A stretch of DNA of 64,000 bases from Desulfonema magnum (GCF_017377395.1 NZ_CP061800.1:3429633-3493632); one strand, 5' to 3'; positions 43,416 to 53,045 are shown, counted from the first letter of the stretch. Notes: generated from the sequence alone by a model not told the origin. A program made the numbers and translations.

Positions 43416-46400
43416 TCAATTCTCAATTATTCCCATGGAGCAGACAATCTGGGGATTTTTATTCTTTGTCTCTGTATTGCTGATGATGCAGAGTTTTCCA
43501 TCTTCGCGCAGGGTGATGACAAGATTTATGAGCGCCTCATCAGAAATGCCTGTTTTCAATTGGCGGCTGAGGGTTTCCCTGGCATATTCCCGCAGCGGAT
43601 ATTTATAAATATCCTCAACAGCTTTTTTCAGCGAATCCGTGACAAACAGAGGATCGGCATTTTTCTCAACATATTGCGAAAGCCGCATATACATGCGGTA
43701 ACGTGCCGCGGTTTTTCTGCCAAGCTGCCCCCCGATGCTGTCCTCCACTTTTTTGATATGCCTGACACCGAACTCAACCAGCTTGTGATGATTTTCAGAC
43801 CTGGGCAGGGCAGGCACATCTGGCTCACATTTTACAGCTTTCAGAATTTCAAACTGGGACTGGGTGACAATATTCCTGTCCTCATCCACCCACGCGAGCA
43901 TATCATTATCATACGCAGTTCTTGTGTAAACCACAGCCCCGGTTCTGGTTCCTTTGCCAGCTTTTTTGGCCGCGTAAGCAACATCAGGCAGGTCCGGGAT
44001 CATGTTTTTCAGTTTCGGATTCGCGTCTGTTGCATTTTTCCATATCTGATACGCATACGAGGCAAGATCAATCTCAATGTCTTCCTCATCATCAAAAATC
44101 CCTGCTTTTTCATTATACAAATCCCTTATGTTTATGGGATCGCCGTCAAAAAACGTTTCATCAGACCCGATGGTCTCGGCATTTTCCCGGATTCGCTGCC
44201 GCAGTCTTGCCCGGAGGTTGATGATGTTTTCAATACCATCTTCCGGCAGAAACGAATAGCAGAGAATCTCAGGCGAGTGCTGACCGATCCGGTCAATTCT
44301 GCCTGCCCGCTGAATCAGGCGGATGATGGCCCACGGAAGATCATAATTCAGGACAATATGGGCGTCCTGCAAATTCTGACCTTCGCTGAGAACATCCGTG
44401 GTGATCAGCACCCGTATCTCCTGAGATTCAGGGATTTTCTCGAATTTCTCATTGCTTTCCGGGCTGAACCGGTGAGCAAAAGCCGTGGGGTTTTCCGTGT
44501 CGCCGGTCACACATGCCACCCTGTCAACGCCTCTGTCCTTCAATGCGCTGAACAAGTAATGAGCCGTATCAGAAAACTGTGTGAATATCAGCACTTTGTC
44601 ATTTTTATGCGTTTCAGCACAAAGTTTGTAAAGTGCGTTGAGCTGGCGGTCGTCCGCGATGTTCCAGTTTTTTGCGATATTGAGTATTCTGAGCAGTGCG
44701 CGGCTGTCTGCCTCAAGATGTTTTTTAAGTTTCCGAGAAAAAAGGCTGCTTCTGATCCAGTCGTATTTTTGGGCCTGTCTGTCAAAAAGATACATGTGAA
44801 ATGCTTCTGCATGATGCATATATTCCTGCTCGGAAAACAACAAGTCCATATTATTTTTCTCTTCTGTGTCCTCATCCGCATACATAAACGCATCAATCAG
44901 ACCTGCCTCCTGCTTGCCAACGGGAAAGGGTTTGTCATTTTCTATGGCATATAGGAACAGATAATTTCTCAGAATATGCCGGCTCACAGACAGCAAAAAC
45001 GAGTACCCGCTGCTTTCAAGGCGTTTGAAAAGATTGGTCCGGGCAAATCCTTTCAGCCTTGCCCCGGCTCTGCCCAGGTTTTTTTGGATTCTGACCTCTT
45101 TGTCCGTGGGAATCAGCTCGGTTTTTTTTGACTGATACTGATCCTGTCCCAGACCATAGCGGGGAAGGTTCAGACTGTCAATGAGATCAACAACGGTTTC
45201 AGAGTAAAGCCTTGCATACTGATCGGTCGGATCATCCGGATCAAAATTATATTCCACTTTTCTGGGAACACGCTCCGGAAAATAGGAAGTTGTGCCATCA
45301 GGGAACAACAGATATTTCCGGCCGTCATGCTCGTCAATTTTCGTATAATTGTCTTTGATGAAACTGCGGGTTCGTCTCACCAGGAACAAACGCATAAGCT
45401 CGTTCCAGTCCTCGGAAAAAAGGCTGTTTTCAAACGCGGCAAGGCTGTTTTCACTGACCTGATGATTTGCCAGAAACTGAACACGGCCCCCCTCGCTTTC
45501 AATGAGACGTTCCGGACGGATTCCCAGATTTTCATCCTCATTCATAAACAGCCTCAGTTGGCTGGAAAGGTCAAGATAAGATTTGTTGTATGGCGTGGCA
45601 GTGAGCAATATCACCTTGCTGTCATTGAGGTGGATATATTCATAAACCGCACGGTACCGCTTGCCCTGACGATTTCTCAGGTTATGGCTTTCATCTATGA
45701 TGACCAGCCGGTACCGCCTTTCGCGAGGGAGTTTTGACTGTGCCTGGGTGACGGACAGCACCTTTGCCCGGAGCTGATATTTGTGCACATAATCCTCCCA
45801 CATGACCACAAGGTTTTTGGGACTGATGATCAGGGTTTCAAGAAAGAAATCCTCCTCAAAGACCTTGGCAAGGGCGGCCGCGGTAATGGTCTTTCCCAGG
45901 CCCACCACATCGCCGATTATCACACCGCCTCTTTTATGGAGATGATGGGCCGCGACTTTTACCGCATTGGCCTGATAAGGCAGCAGCGCGTGTTTGAACT
46001 CACGAGTGAGGTTAAATTCCGATATCCCCGCGCGGGCTTCTCTGGACAAATGGTAGGCAATCTTCAAATAAATATGATACGGCGGTATGAGATTTTCCGA
46101 AGCCCAGCTGGTATCTATGATTTCGGCAAGTTCTTTTGTGATGTCAATGCACCAGCGATCTTCCCAGCGGTCCTGAAACCATCGGGACAGTTTCATCGCG
46201 GCATCCTGCTCAACAACATCTGTGTTGAGTTCGCCCTGTCTGGACACGCCCGCAAGGGTCAGATTGCTGCTCCCCAGGAAACCAATGATCGGGCTGTTGT
46301 AATCTTCCCGATAAATCAGATACAGTTTGGCATGAAGGGGATGACGGAGATGCAGTTTTACAATGACTTTGCCTGATTTTAACTGCTGCGAAAGCCTGCG

Positions 46401-46775
46401 AAGGGCTTTTTCATCCTGATTGTTGGGGATCCCGATGGTGAGCTGCTCCCGCAGATTTCTTGCCAGCAGCTTTTTTAACTTCAATGCTTCTGCATTGTCC
46501 AAAGTGTTCCCGTCATTATCCTCTGAAAAATGCGCACGGAGCAGCTCGTCAGAAAGCCTCTGCATACCGATCAGGACCCGGCAATGATAGAAATGATCAT
46601 CATCAAATGCTTCAGGGAGATAATCCCCGGGGAGATTTTCGACGTTTTTATATAACTTTGACCAGCCCCGAAGATTGAAATAGCCAATGCAGAAATCCGC
46701 ACGTCTGGCCCTGTCCAAGGTGTTGTTCAGACCAGTTTCCAAAAATTTTTCAATATTGTCAAAGATGGTGGGCAT
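43416..46775 (-). CDS. fusion protein: N-terminal PLD-family nuclease domain + SNF2-family (SF2) helicase/ATPase
   Basis: 1119 aa; PLD HKD motif HAKLYLIYREDYNSPIIGFLGSSNLTLAG; SNF2 motifs GDVVGLGKTITAAAL (I), VIIDESHNLRN (II), LLTATPYNKSYLDL (III), LIQRAGRIDRIGQ (VI). AGGAGC RBS. Confidence 0.85.
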   Translation of the reverse strand: MPTIFDNIEKFLETGLNNTLDRARRADFCIGYFNLRGWSKLYKNVENLPGDYLPEAFDDDHFYHCRVLIGMQRLSDELLRAHFSEDNDGNTLDNAEALKLKKLLARNLREQLTIGIPNNQDEKALRRLSQQLKSGKVIVKLHLRHPLHAKLYLIYREDYNSPIIGFLGSSNLTLAGVSRQGELNTDVVEQDAAMKLSRWFQDRWEDRWCIDITKELAEIIDTSWASENLIPPYHIYLKIAYHLSREARAGISEFNLTREFKHALLPYQANAVKVAAHHLHKRGGVIIGDVVGLGKTITAAALAKVFEEDFFLETLIISPKNLVVMWEDYVHKYQLRAKVLSVTQAQSKLPRERRYRLVIIDESHNLRNRQGKRYRAVYEYIHLNDSKVILLTATPYNKSYLDLSSQLRLFMNEDENLGIRPERLIESEGGRVQFLANHQVSENSLAAFENSLFSEDWNELMRLFLVRRTRSFIKDNYTKIDEHDGRKYLLFPDGTTSYFPERVPRKVEYNFDPDDPTDQYARLYSETVVDLIDSLNLPRYGLGQDQYQSKKTELIPTDKEVRIQKNLGRAGARLKGFARTNLFKRLESSGYSFLLSVSRHILRNYLFLYAIENDKPFPVGKQEAGLIDAFMYADEDTEEKNNMDLLFSEQEYMHHAEAFHMYLFDRQAQKYDWIRSSLFSRKLKKHLEADSRALLRILNIAKNWNIADDRQLNALYKLCAETHKNDKVLIFTQFSDTAHYLFSALKDRGVDRVACVTGDTENPTAFAHRFSPESNEKFEKIPESQEIRVLITTDVLSEGQNLQDAHIVLNYDLPWAIIRLIQRAGRIDRIGQHSPEILCYSFLPEDGIENIINLRARLRQRIRENAETIGSDETFFDGDPINIRDLYNEKAGIFDDEEDIEIDLASYAYQIWKNATDANPKLKNMIPDLPDVAYAAKKAGKGTRTGAVVYTRTAYDNDMLAWVDEDRNIVTQSQFEILKAVKCEPDVPALPRSENHHKLVEFGVRHIKKVEDSIGGQLGRKTAARYRMYMRLSQYVEKNADPLFVTDSLKKAVEDIYKYPLREYARETLSRQLKTGISDEALINLVITLREDGKLCIISNTETKNKNPQIVCSMGIIEN

Positions 46776-46848
46776 GAGTTGCTCCTGGTATCAGGTTTGA
46801 TAGAAAAGGACGTGAATTCAGGTAAATCCCTGTTTTCATGTTTTCATT

Positions 46849-47775
46849 TCAGCATTCCTTGTGGCTAATGTTCGGGCTGCTGAGATTACTGATGGTATTT
46901 TTTCCATAAATATGACCCACGAACCGAATCAGTGCATAAAGAACCAAAACAGGTATGATGACCGTCTGAAGAAGAAAAACAATAATCAGATTCATGGTGT
47001 ATGTGGCATACTTTGATATTTTGTCCTTCAGAAAAGATATCTTTTTTTTAATATCAACAATTTCTTTTGTGTTTTCATACATTGTTTTCAAGGTATCCAG
47101 ATAACCCGGATCATCTGCTTTGCTTTTATCATCTTGTTGAGCCTGACTTGTGTCCTTGATTTCACGACTGACTTCTTCCAGGGACTGAACAGATTCGGTA
47201 TATTTTTTTTTCAGAAAAAGATTGTATGTTTTTTCACTGACAATCGCGGTTGCCGGTATGCAAAACCGGATTACCACGGACACAAGTATCAGTTTATAAC
47301 CCGCGGACACCAAATTTATTTTTGAAAATCGGGACATCCAAATTCCAATAAATATGATCACCATGGAAAAAGACAGTAAAATTTTGAAGCCAAACCATGT
47401 TCCCATCTCCATGAGAATTTTTTGGATACCCAACGACGTGATACTGACCAGCATGACCCAGGAAAAACGCTCCACCAGATCATTCACCGGGTCCAATGCT
47501 TCTCCCACAGCCAGCTGAACCCCGATCCCTGCCGGAGAAACCGCAATATCCGTACCCTGAGCCACAGAAATGACACCGTTTATGCCCCTGACAATTGCAA
47601 AGGTATAAATGGCTCTTTTAATGGCTTCATCAAAATAAATATTTCCTTTTTCATCCAACTCCTTGAAAAATTTTTTTTGAAACAAAGCATCAAGAAGCGA
47701 TGTATATGACAATACACCGATAACAAGCACGACCGCACTCAGCAACACTTTCTTATGTATCTGTTTCAATTGCAT
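46849..47775 (-). CDS. hypothetical multi-pass membrane protein, first gene of the helicase/methyltransferase block
   Basis: 308 aa, ~5 TM helices plus a K/E-rich cytoplasmic coiled segment; AGGAGGA RBS; 74 bp upstream of the PLD-SNF2 gene on the same strand. Confidence 0.5.
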   Translation of the reverse strand: MQLKQIHKKVLLSAVVLVIGVLSYTSLLDALFQKKFFKELDEKGNIYFDEAIKRAIYTFAIVRGINGVISVAQGTDIAVSPAGIGVQLAVGEALDPVNDLVERFSWVMLVSITSLGIQKILMEMGTWFGFKILLSFSMVIIFIGIWMSRFSKINLVSAGYKLILVSVVIRFCIPATAIVSEKTYNLFLKKKYTESVQSLEEVSREIKDTSQAQQDDKSKADDPGYLDTLKTMYENTKEIVDIKKKISFLKDKISKYATYTMNLIIVFLLQTVIIPVLVLYALIRFVGHIYGKNTISNLSSPNISHKEC

Positions 47776-47869
47776 GGGTTTTAATTTCCTCCTTTCCTAT
47801 TTCCCGATAATCAAGTTTTCTGCTCTGATCCGGCCGGACATTCTGCTTTCGCAGACTCAGTAGATCGAA

Positions 47870-48075
47870 AAGTTTTCGGGCTGTCGCGGGACAGACATGG
47901 CAAACAGGGGAGAAACCCGGCTTTTTCCGGCGGGGGGAGTCTTCTGTCCGGGAAAAAAAGCCGGGTTTCTCTGTCATACCGCACACAGTCCGGAAACTTT
48001 TTGATCTACTGAGACTCCGGCGAACTCAGTCGAGTTGTCGAGCAGAATGACAGAAAAAATTTGATCATCGGGTGT
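47870..48075. repeat. REP-like family 2 hairpin element followed by a family 3 element (…GAATGACAG…TGATCATCGGGTG)
   Basis: agaaacccggctttttccgg...ggaaaaaaagccgggtttctc...ccggaaactttttgatctactga, then cagaatgacagaaaaaatttgatcatcgggtg. Confidence 0.7.
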
Positions 48076-48233
48076 TTAACAGCATGAGATAACTCTGTCT
48101 TAGCTATTGTGAGGTTTCGGAAAAATTACACCTCAAAAGACTTGCCAAAATAGAAAAAAATTGTAATCTATCTGAACTGACAATGGTTTTACAAGAATAA
48201 AAATATTTGAAGATTTGCTGAGGTGTTGAACAT

Positions 48234-49016
48234 ATGAAATATATAGATACGGAAAACTTGGATCAGTTACCAGGCACAAGGCTCGAAGAAGACGACATAT
48301 TTTCATTTCACTGTCATTCAGGGCTTGACTGTTTTAATTTGTGTTGCCGTAATCTGAATCTTTTTTTATATCCTTATGATGTCATCCGGCTGAAAAATCG
48401 GCTCGGTATCACATCAGACCAGTTTATTGATGAATACACAGATATTGTATTGCGCCCCTCTGAGTTCTTTCCGGAAGTGCTGCTGCGTATGGCAGACAAT
48501 GAAGAAAAAACCTGCCCTTTTTTAACAGAATCCGGTTGTTCGGTCTATCCGGATCGTCCGGATACCTGCCGCACGTTTCCTGTGGAGCAAGGCACGCTTT
48601 ATGATGCCAAAACAAAAAAAACAAAGCTGATTCATTTTTTCAGGCCCCCTGACTTTTGTCTGGGACAGCATGAAAACAGACCGTTGACCACAAAAACATG
48701 GGCCAAGGATCAGGATGCTGTCACCTATAATAAAATGACTGTCCGATGGGCGGAAATAAAACGTCTGTTCCAGACAGATCCCTGGGGGAAAGAAGGCCCT
48801 GAAGGTCCCAGGGGGAAAATGGCTTTTATGGCCAGCTACAATACAGATCACTTCCGTGAGTTTATTCTGGGAAGCAGTTTCTTAAAACGTTACAAGGTAA
48901 AATCTGCGGTCCTCAAAAAAATCAAAAAGCAAGATGATGAATTGTTAACATTCGGATTTGACTGGATAAAATTCTATCTTTGGGGGATGAAGACAAAATA
49001 TTTCAGACTGAGATAA
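48234..49016 (+). CDS. YkgJ-family (UPF0153) CxxCxxCC putative Fe-S/zinc-binding protein
   Basis: 260 aa; CHSGLDCFNLCC plus downstream CPF...C...C cysteine cluster; GAGGTG RBS. Confidence 0.6.
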   Translation: MKYIDTENLDQLPGTRLEEDDIFSFHCHSGLDCFNLCCRNLNLFLYPYDVIRLKNRLGITSDQFIDEYTDIVLRPSEFFPEVLLRMADNEEKTCPFLTESGCSVYPDRPDTCRTFPVEQGTLYDAKTKKTKLIHFFRPPDFCLGQHENRPLTTKTWAKDQDAVTYNKMTVRWAEIKRLFQTDPWGKEGPEGPRGKMAFMASYNTDHFREFILGSSFLKRYKVKSAVLKKIKKQDDELLTFGFDWIKFYLWGMKTKYFRLR

Positions 49017-49099
49017 TCAGAAATCAGGGACCTCAGTCCGGCGATAAATCAGCTTGGCGGAAAGAAACGATTGCATTTTTTATTTTATTCTGATAGGGT

Positions 49100-49258
49100 T
49101 CCTGAAAACTCGATGTTCAAATTTTTTTCTGTCATTCCTGCGAAAGCAGGAATCCGCTGCTTCCGGAAGCGTGGCCTCTGCCCAGAATGGATTCCTGCTT
49201 TCGCAGGAATGACAGGCTTTTTAGTCGAACCGGGTCAAAAAACTTGAACATCGAGTGA
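49100..49258. repeat. long near-perfect inverted repeat (REP family 3): CTCGATGTTCAA...GTCATTCCTGCGAAAGCAGGAAT...ATTCCTGCTTTCGCAGGAATGAC...TTGAACATCGAG
   Basis: Outer and inner arms both complementary; another GTCATTCCTGCGAAAGCAGGAATGAC copy at 49540-49566. Related TGATCATCGAG/GAATGAC elements at 55370-55440 and 60470-60560. Confidence 0.75.
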
Positions 49259-49345
49259 AAAATAAGTACTTGGACAAAAATTCTCAGATGGTTTTATCCG
49301 GAAAATTTACGGACAGATACTTAATATTCGATAATCAAGTTTTTT

Positions 49346-49507
49346 CTGATTGTAACGGATTTTGGGGAGGCCCGGGGTTTTTTCCGCGGTATCGGGCAAT
49401 ATGACAGCGGACAGGAGGATGAGACGGATGTCCCGGCCCGGAATATCCGGTAAATCCTTAAATCCGATGTCATATTCGCGGGCCTCCCCCGAATCCGTTA
49501 TAATCAA
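49346..49507. mobile_element. MITE-like element, copy in reverse orientation
   Basis: CTGATTGTAACGGATTTTGGGGAGGCC ... GGCCTCCCCCGAATCCGTTATAATCA; internal sequence is the reverse complement of the 4481 copy. Confidence 0.7.
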
Positions 49508-49661
49508 GTTTTTTTAATACGATCCGGCAGAATAATCTGTCATTCCTGCGAAAGCAGGAATGACAAGTTGTTTGTCCGAACCAGGTCAAAAAAACCTGAT
49601 TATCGGTTAATAGCCATTGTTTTATAACTTTTCGGCTCTGATTGATGAAGGGGAATAAAAA

Positions 49662-50126
49662 ATGGGAATATTGGATAAAGTAAAAACCTGGGCGTCAGAT
49701 GCAAAGGAAGAGGTAAAACGATTCAAAAGTAAGAACTTTATGGAAGCTGTGACAGCCGGATGCGCTATGGTCGCGTTTGCCGACGGGGTTATCAAACCCG
49801 AAGAAAAGGCGAAAATGGCCGGATTTATCCAGCGAAATGAGGCGTTAAGCGTCTTTGACATGTCTCAGGTCATTAAAAGTTTTGAAAAAAATGTGAATAA
49901 TTTTGAGTTCGATCTTCACATCGGCAAAGGAGAAGCCCTTAAAACAATTAGCAAGATCAAAAAAAATTCGGACGAAGCAAGGCTGCTCGTGCGTGTCTGC
50001 TGTGCTATCGGGGCTTCGGACGGCGATTTTGACGAGGACGAAAAAAAAGTTGTCAGTGAAATATGTCAGGAATTGGGTTTGGATCCGGGTGAATTCGGAA
50101 TTTCCGAAGCTAAGACAAGGATCTGA
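49662..50126 (+). CDS. TerB-domain (tellurite-resistance-like) protein
   Basis: 154 aa; two TerB-type DGxxxxEE segments (FADGVIKPEEKAKM; ASDGDFDEDEKKVV); GAAGGGGA RBS. Confidence 0.65.
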   Translation: MGILDKVKTWASDAKEEVKRFKSKNFMEAVTAGCAMVAFADGVIKPEEKAKMAGFIQRNEALSVFDMSQVIKSFEKNVNNFEFDLHIGKGEALKTISKIKKNSDEARLLVRVCCAIGASDGDFDEDEKKVVSEICQELGLDPGEFGISEAKTRI

Positions 50127-50168
50127 AATTGAATAAAATTCTTCTCGTTAAAAAGAAAGGAGGTTGAA

Positions 50169-50453
50169 ATGGCTGTTAAGATTCTCATTAAAAGAAAAGT
50201 GGCGGAAGGTAAGGAAAAAGAACTCTCGGGTTTGCTTATGCAGCTCAGAGGTCTTACCATGAATCGGGCCGGATATATTTCCGGTGAAACCTTAAAGCGG
50301 TTCGATAAGCCCGGGGAGACGCTGGTCATCAGCACATGGCAGTCTGTTGATGAATGGAGAGACTGGGTTATTAGCAAAGAACGAACCGAAATTCAGGACA
50401 AAATAGATAGCTTGCTCGGAGAAAAAACTGAATACGAGATTTATAAGTACTAA
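50169..50453 (+). CDS. small ABM/Dabb-like alpha+beta barrel protein (tentative)
   Basis: 94 aa; AAAGGAGG RBS; only weak pattern resemblance to antibiotic-biosynthesis-monooxygenase-like proteins. Confidence 0.4.
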   Translation: MAVKILIKRKVAEGKEKELSGLLMQLRGLTMNRAGYISGETLKRFDKPGETLVISTWQSVDEWRDWVISKERTEIQDKIDSLLGEKTEYEIYKY

Positions 50454-50689
50454 TACGGTCGTTCAGGATATATGGGTGTTCAGATCTGATTTCTTTGTAT
50501 AAACATTGAAACGCCTGAACACCTGAATATGTGGCAGGCAGAAATTTTTTTGCCAGACAGAGTTGCAAATCCATATATATCAGGCTAAAATCACAATTCA
50601 TTGTTTTTATTAATCCATGATTTGCCTTTGACGGACGGGGTGCAAATCCTGTCCGCCAAAACAGGCCTGCAAATGGGGGGAATTGCTCG

Positions 50690-50940
50690 TTTCGACAAGC
50701 TCAACGACCGGCCCGACAGGCTCAAAAACTGGCTGACAGACTCAACCGACTTGCTGACAAGTTCAACGACTTTCTGAAAAACTCAACGACCTGCTGAAAA
50801 ACTCAACGACCTGCTGAAAAACTCAACGACCTGCTGAAAAACTCAACGACCTGCTGAAAAACTCAACGACCTGCTGAAAAACTCAACAACCTGCTGAAAA
50901 ACTCAACAACCTGCTGAAAAACTCAACGACCTGCTGACAT
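50690..50940. repeat. tandem array of a 20-bp unit (AAAAACTCAACGACCTGCTG), ~8 perfect copies preceded by degenerating copies
   Basis: Read directly; perfect copies at the 3' side and diverged copies at the 5' side. Confidence 0.85.
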
Positions 50941-51159
50941 GGCTCAGGCAGACCTCCCGAACCCTGAGCCGCAAATGCTTTTTGTTAAAATGCTACAAAA
51001 GAGGTACTCACTCATTTTCCTGAAACACTTAGAACACGGATGCATCCATGAGCTGAATTTACGGAAGGAGCGTAAAATTTACATTTCTGACATTTCTTTC
51101 CTCGTCATCTGAATCTTTCCCTGACTCGTGGATACTTCCCTTAAAGGAGAGTTGAAACC

Positions 51160-51657
51160 ATGGCCTTATATGCAAGAAGAGCTTATCCCCGAGAATACTA
51201 TGAAGCCCCTATCACATATGCAAAATACAACACGGACGCCTGTTGTGAAGCCACAATGTATAATTGCAGCTTAGGGGGCATGTATTTTGAGTCACAGGAC
51301 GCGTTCCGAGCGGGAACCTTTATTTATATCAAAATGATAAATTTCTCACCTGATATTTATACTCCCGGAGATTATAAGACATACATGGCCAAGGTCATAT
51401 GGTGTAAGAAGTTAAACAGTCCCGGCACTTACGGAACAGGTGTCATGCATACCATCAGGGGGTATATTCTTAAAAGGAAAAATGTCCGAAGACCAGACGA
51501 TGCGTGTGAACTGTGCGGAGGAAATTCTTTGGAGGAAGTTCATAGGACTGAAGATGGTTTATATCTATGCCCGGATTGTTTTAGGCATCTGGGGAGATTG
51601 GATAATGGAAAAATCAAAAAAAGCATACTGAAATTCCTGATTGGGAATGTGATGTGA
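51160..51657 (+). CDS. PilZ-domain (c-di-GMP-binding) protein with C-terminal Cys4 zinc ribbon
   Basis: 165 aa; RRAYPREY (RxxxR) and NCSLGGMYF (N/DxSxxG) PilZ motifs; CELCGG...CPDCF ribbon; AAAGGAGAG RBS. Confidence 0.7.
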   Translation: MALYARRAYPREYYEAPITYAKYNTDACCEATMYNCSLGGMYFESQDAFRAGTFIYIKMINFSPDIYTPGDYKTYMAKVIWCKKLNSPGTYGTGVMHTIRGYILKRKNVRRPDDACELCGGNSLEEVHRTEDGLYLCPDCFRHLGRLDNGKIKKSILKFLIGNVM

Positions 51658-51687
51658 AATCTCAGAAGCAGAAAAGCGGTAAATCCG

Positions 51688-51800
51688 GAGTGCAAAAAAT
51701 TCTGCTTAAGTCCGTTTTTGCACTCCTTTGGAAATCGTATTTTTCATTGCTGCCTTAAATATTGCCTGCCTCAAATGCCTGCCCCCACGCCCCGATCAGT
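51688..51800. repeat. 113-bp direct repeat, copy 1 (flanks the TA cassette)
   Basis: aaatccggagtgcaaaaaattctgc...cattgctgccttaaatattgcctgcctcaaatgcctgcccccacgcc; second copy at 52425-52540; carries the CCGGAGTGCAAAAA motif of arrays A/B. Confidence 0.85.
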
Positions 51801-51820
51801 CAGAATAAGCTTCGGAGCAT

Positions 51821-52162
51821 TTAAGGGATCGCCAGAACTATTTTTAATGCTTTTGAGACTTCCTGCATTTTGTTTTGTGAAATTGTACCCATTTTTTGAA
51901 CAAATCTTGTTTTTGACACTGAGCGTATCTGAAAAGTATCAATAGCGGAATTCTTAATTAAACCATTATGTTGGTTTGGTATCAGCTTAACCATCCACGG
52001 AGCTATTTCATAGCGATCTTTCCAATCTGTCAAAGGGAGAATTACTTTCAGAGGCAGAATGCCCACAGCATCGTCGTTTATAATAACAGCAGGACGAGTT
52101 TTTTTGATTTCAGCGCCAACTGTCGGATCTAAATTTATTAGCCAGATTTCCCCTCTATACAT
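51821..52162 (-). CDS. mazF: MazF/PemK-family type II toxin (mRNA interferase)
   Basis: 113 aa MYRGEIWLINLDPTVGAEIKKTRPAVIIN... matches the PemK/MazF N-terminal signature; 8-bp overlap with the upstream antitoxin. Confidence 0.85.
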   Translation of the reverse strand: MYRGEIWLINLDPTVGAEIKKTRPAVIINDDAVGILPLKVILPLTDWKDRYEIAPWMVKLIPNQHNGLIKNSAIDTFQIRSVSKTRFVQKMGTISQNKMQEVSKALKIVLAIP

Positions 52163-52373
52163 AGAAGTCTTCTCCGTCCAATACAGTAAACACAGTCAGT
52201 TCCGAGTCATTTTTATAATCATCTGAAAGTGCCTTTGCCGCATCTTCCAACTTTTTCTTTGTGTTTTCTTGCTCAAGCAGTGCTTTTTCCAAAACAGAAT
52301 TTATAAATTCATCGGCATTCGGAAGCGATTTGATTCTTCTTCCAATATCATCATTTACTGTAATTCGCATCAT
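52155..52373 (-). CDS. putative cognate antitoxin of MazF
   Basis: 72 aa, acidic C-terminus, position and overlap typical of a TA operon; family not recognisable. Confidence 0.55.
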   Translation of the reverse strand: MMRITVNDDIGRRIKSLPNADEFINSVLEKALLEQENTKKKLEDAAKALSDDYKNDSELTVFTVLDGEDFYV

Positions 52374-52424
52374 ATCGAACTCCTTTTATGAAGCAGAAAA
52401 GCGTTGATTGGTTGAAAAAAGCAG

Positions 52425-52540
52425 TAAATCCGGAGTGCAAAAAATTTTGCCTAACTCCGTTTTTGCACTCCTTTGGAAATCGTATTTTTCATTGCTGCCT
52501 TAAATATTGCCTGCCTCAAATGCCTGCCCCCACGCCTCGA
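52425..52540. repeat. 113-bp direct repeat, copy 2
   Basis: Near-identical to 51688-51800 up to ...cccacgcc. Its distal ~45 bp overlap the last codons of the cNMP-binding gene (…AWGQAFEAGNI*). Confidence 0.85.
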
Positions 52541-53045
52541 TCAGCTTGTCTGTCCGATTTTGGAGACGCAGCGAAACAATCTCGCTCACCCGTCCCATAA
52601 TCAGATAGCCCAGTTTGGGGTCTTTGTCAAACATGGCTTTGAGATTGGCGGCCGGGACGGAAAAAGCCCGGACAGGCTGTGAACACTGAGCCGTCGCTGT
52701 CCACTGACTTCCCGCGTCACCCACCAGGGATGTCCAACCGAAGACCTCTCCAACCCCCACCCTCTCAACAATGATCGGCTTTTTCAGGACATCAAACCGG
52801 ACCCGGATGGCTTCCTCATATTCAATATCTGTTTTCATTATTTTTTCTTTAAACATGAGGCTCAGCTCCACCTCTCCTTCCAGAACACCGTAAAGATTCA
52901 GAGCCTTATCCCCCCAGTTAAAAACAACATCATCTGAGTTGAACTCCAGGATATCACATTTTGGGGCAATCACCGAAAGTGCGTCATCGGACACATCTGA
53001 AAAAAACTTAAATTCTGACAGCAGCTTTTTATCCAAGATAGTCAC
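52500..53045 (-). CDS. cyclic-nucleotide-binding (cNMP) domain protein
   Basis: 181 aa; beta-barrel cNMP-binding pattern (…EFNSDDVVFNWGDKALNLYGVLEGEVELS…VGVGEVFGWTSL…). Confidence 0.65.
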   Translation of the reverse strand: MTILDKKLLSEFKFFSDVSDDALSVIAPKCDILEFNSDDVVFNWGDKALNLYGVLEGEVELSLMFKEKIMKTDIEYEEAIRVRFDVLKKPIIVERVGVGEVFGWTSLVGDAGSQWTATAQCSQPVRAFSVPAANLKAMFDKDPKLGYLIMGRVSEIVSLRLQNRTDKLIEAWGQAFEAGNI

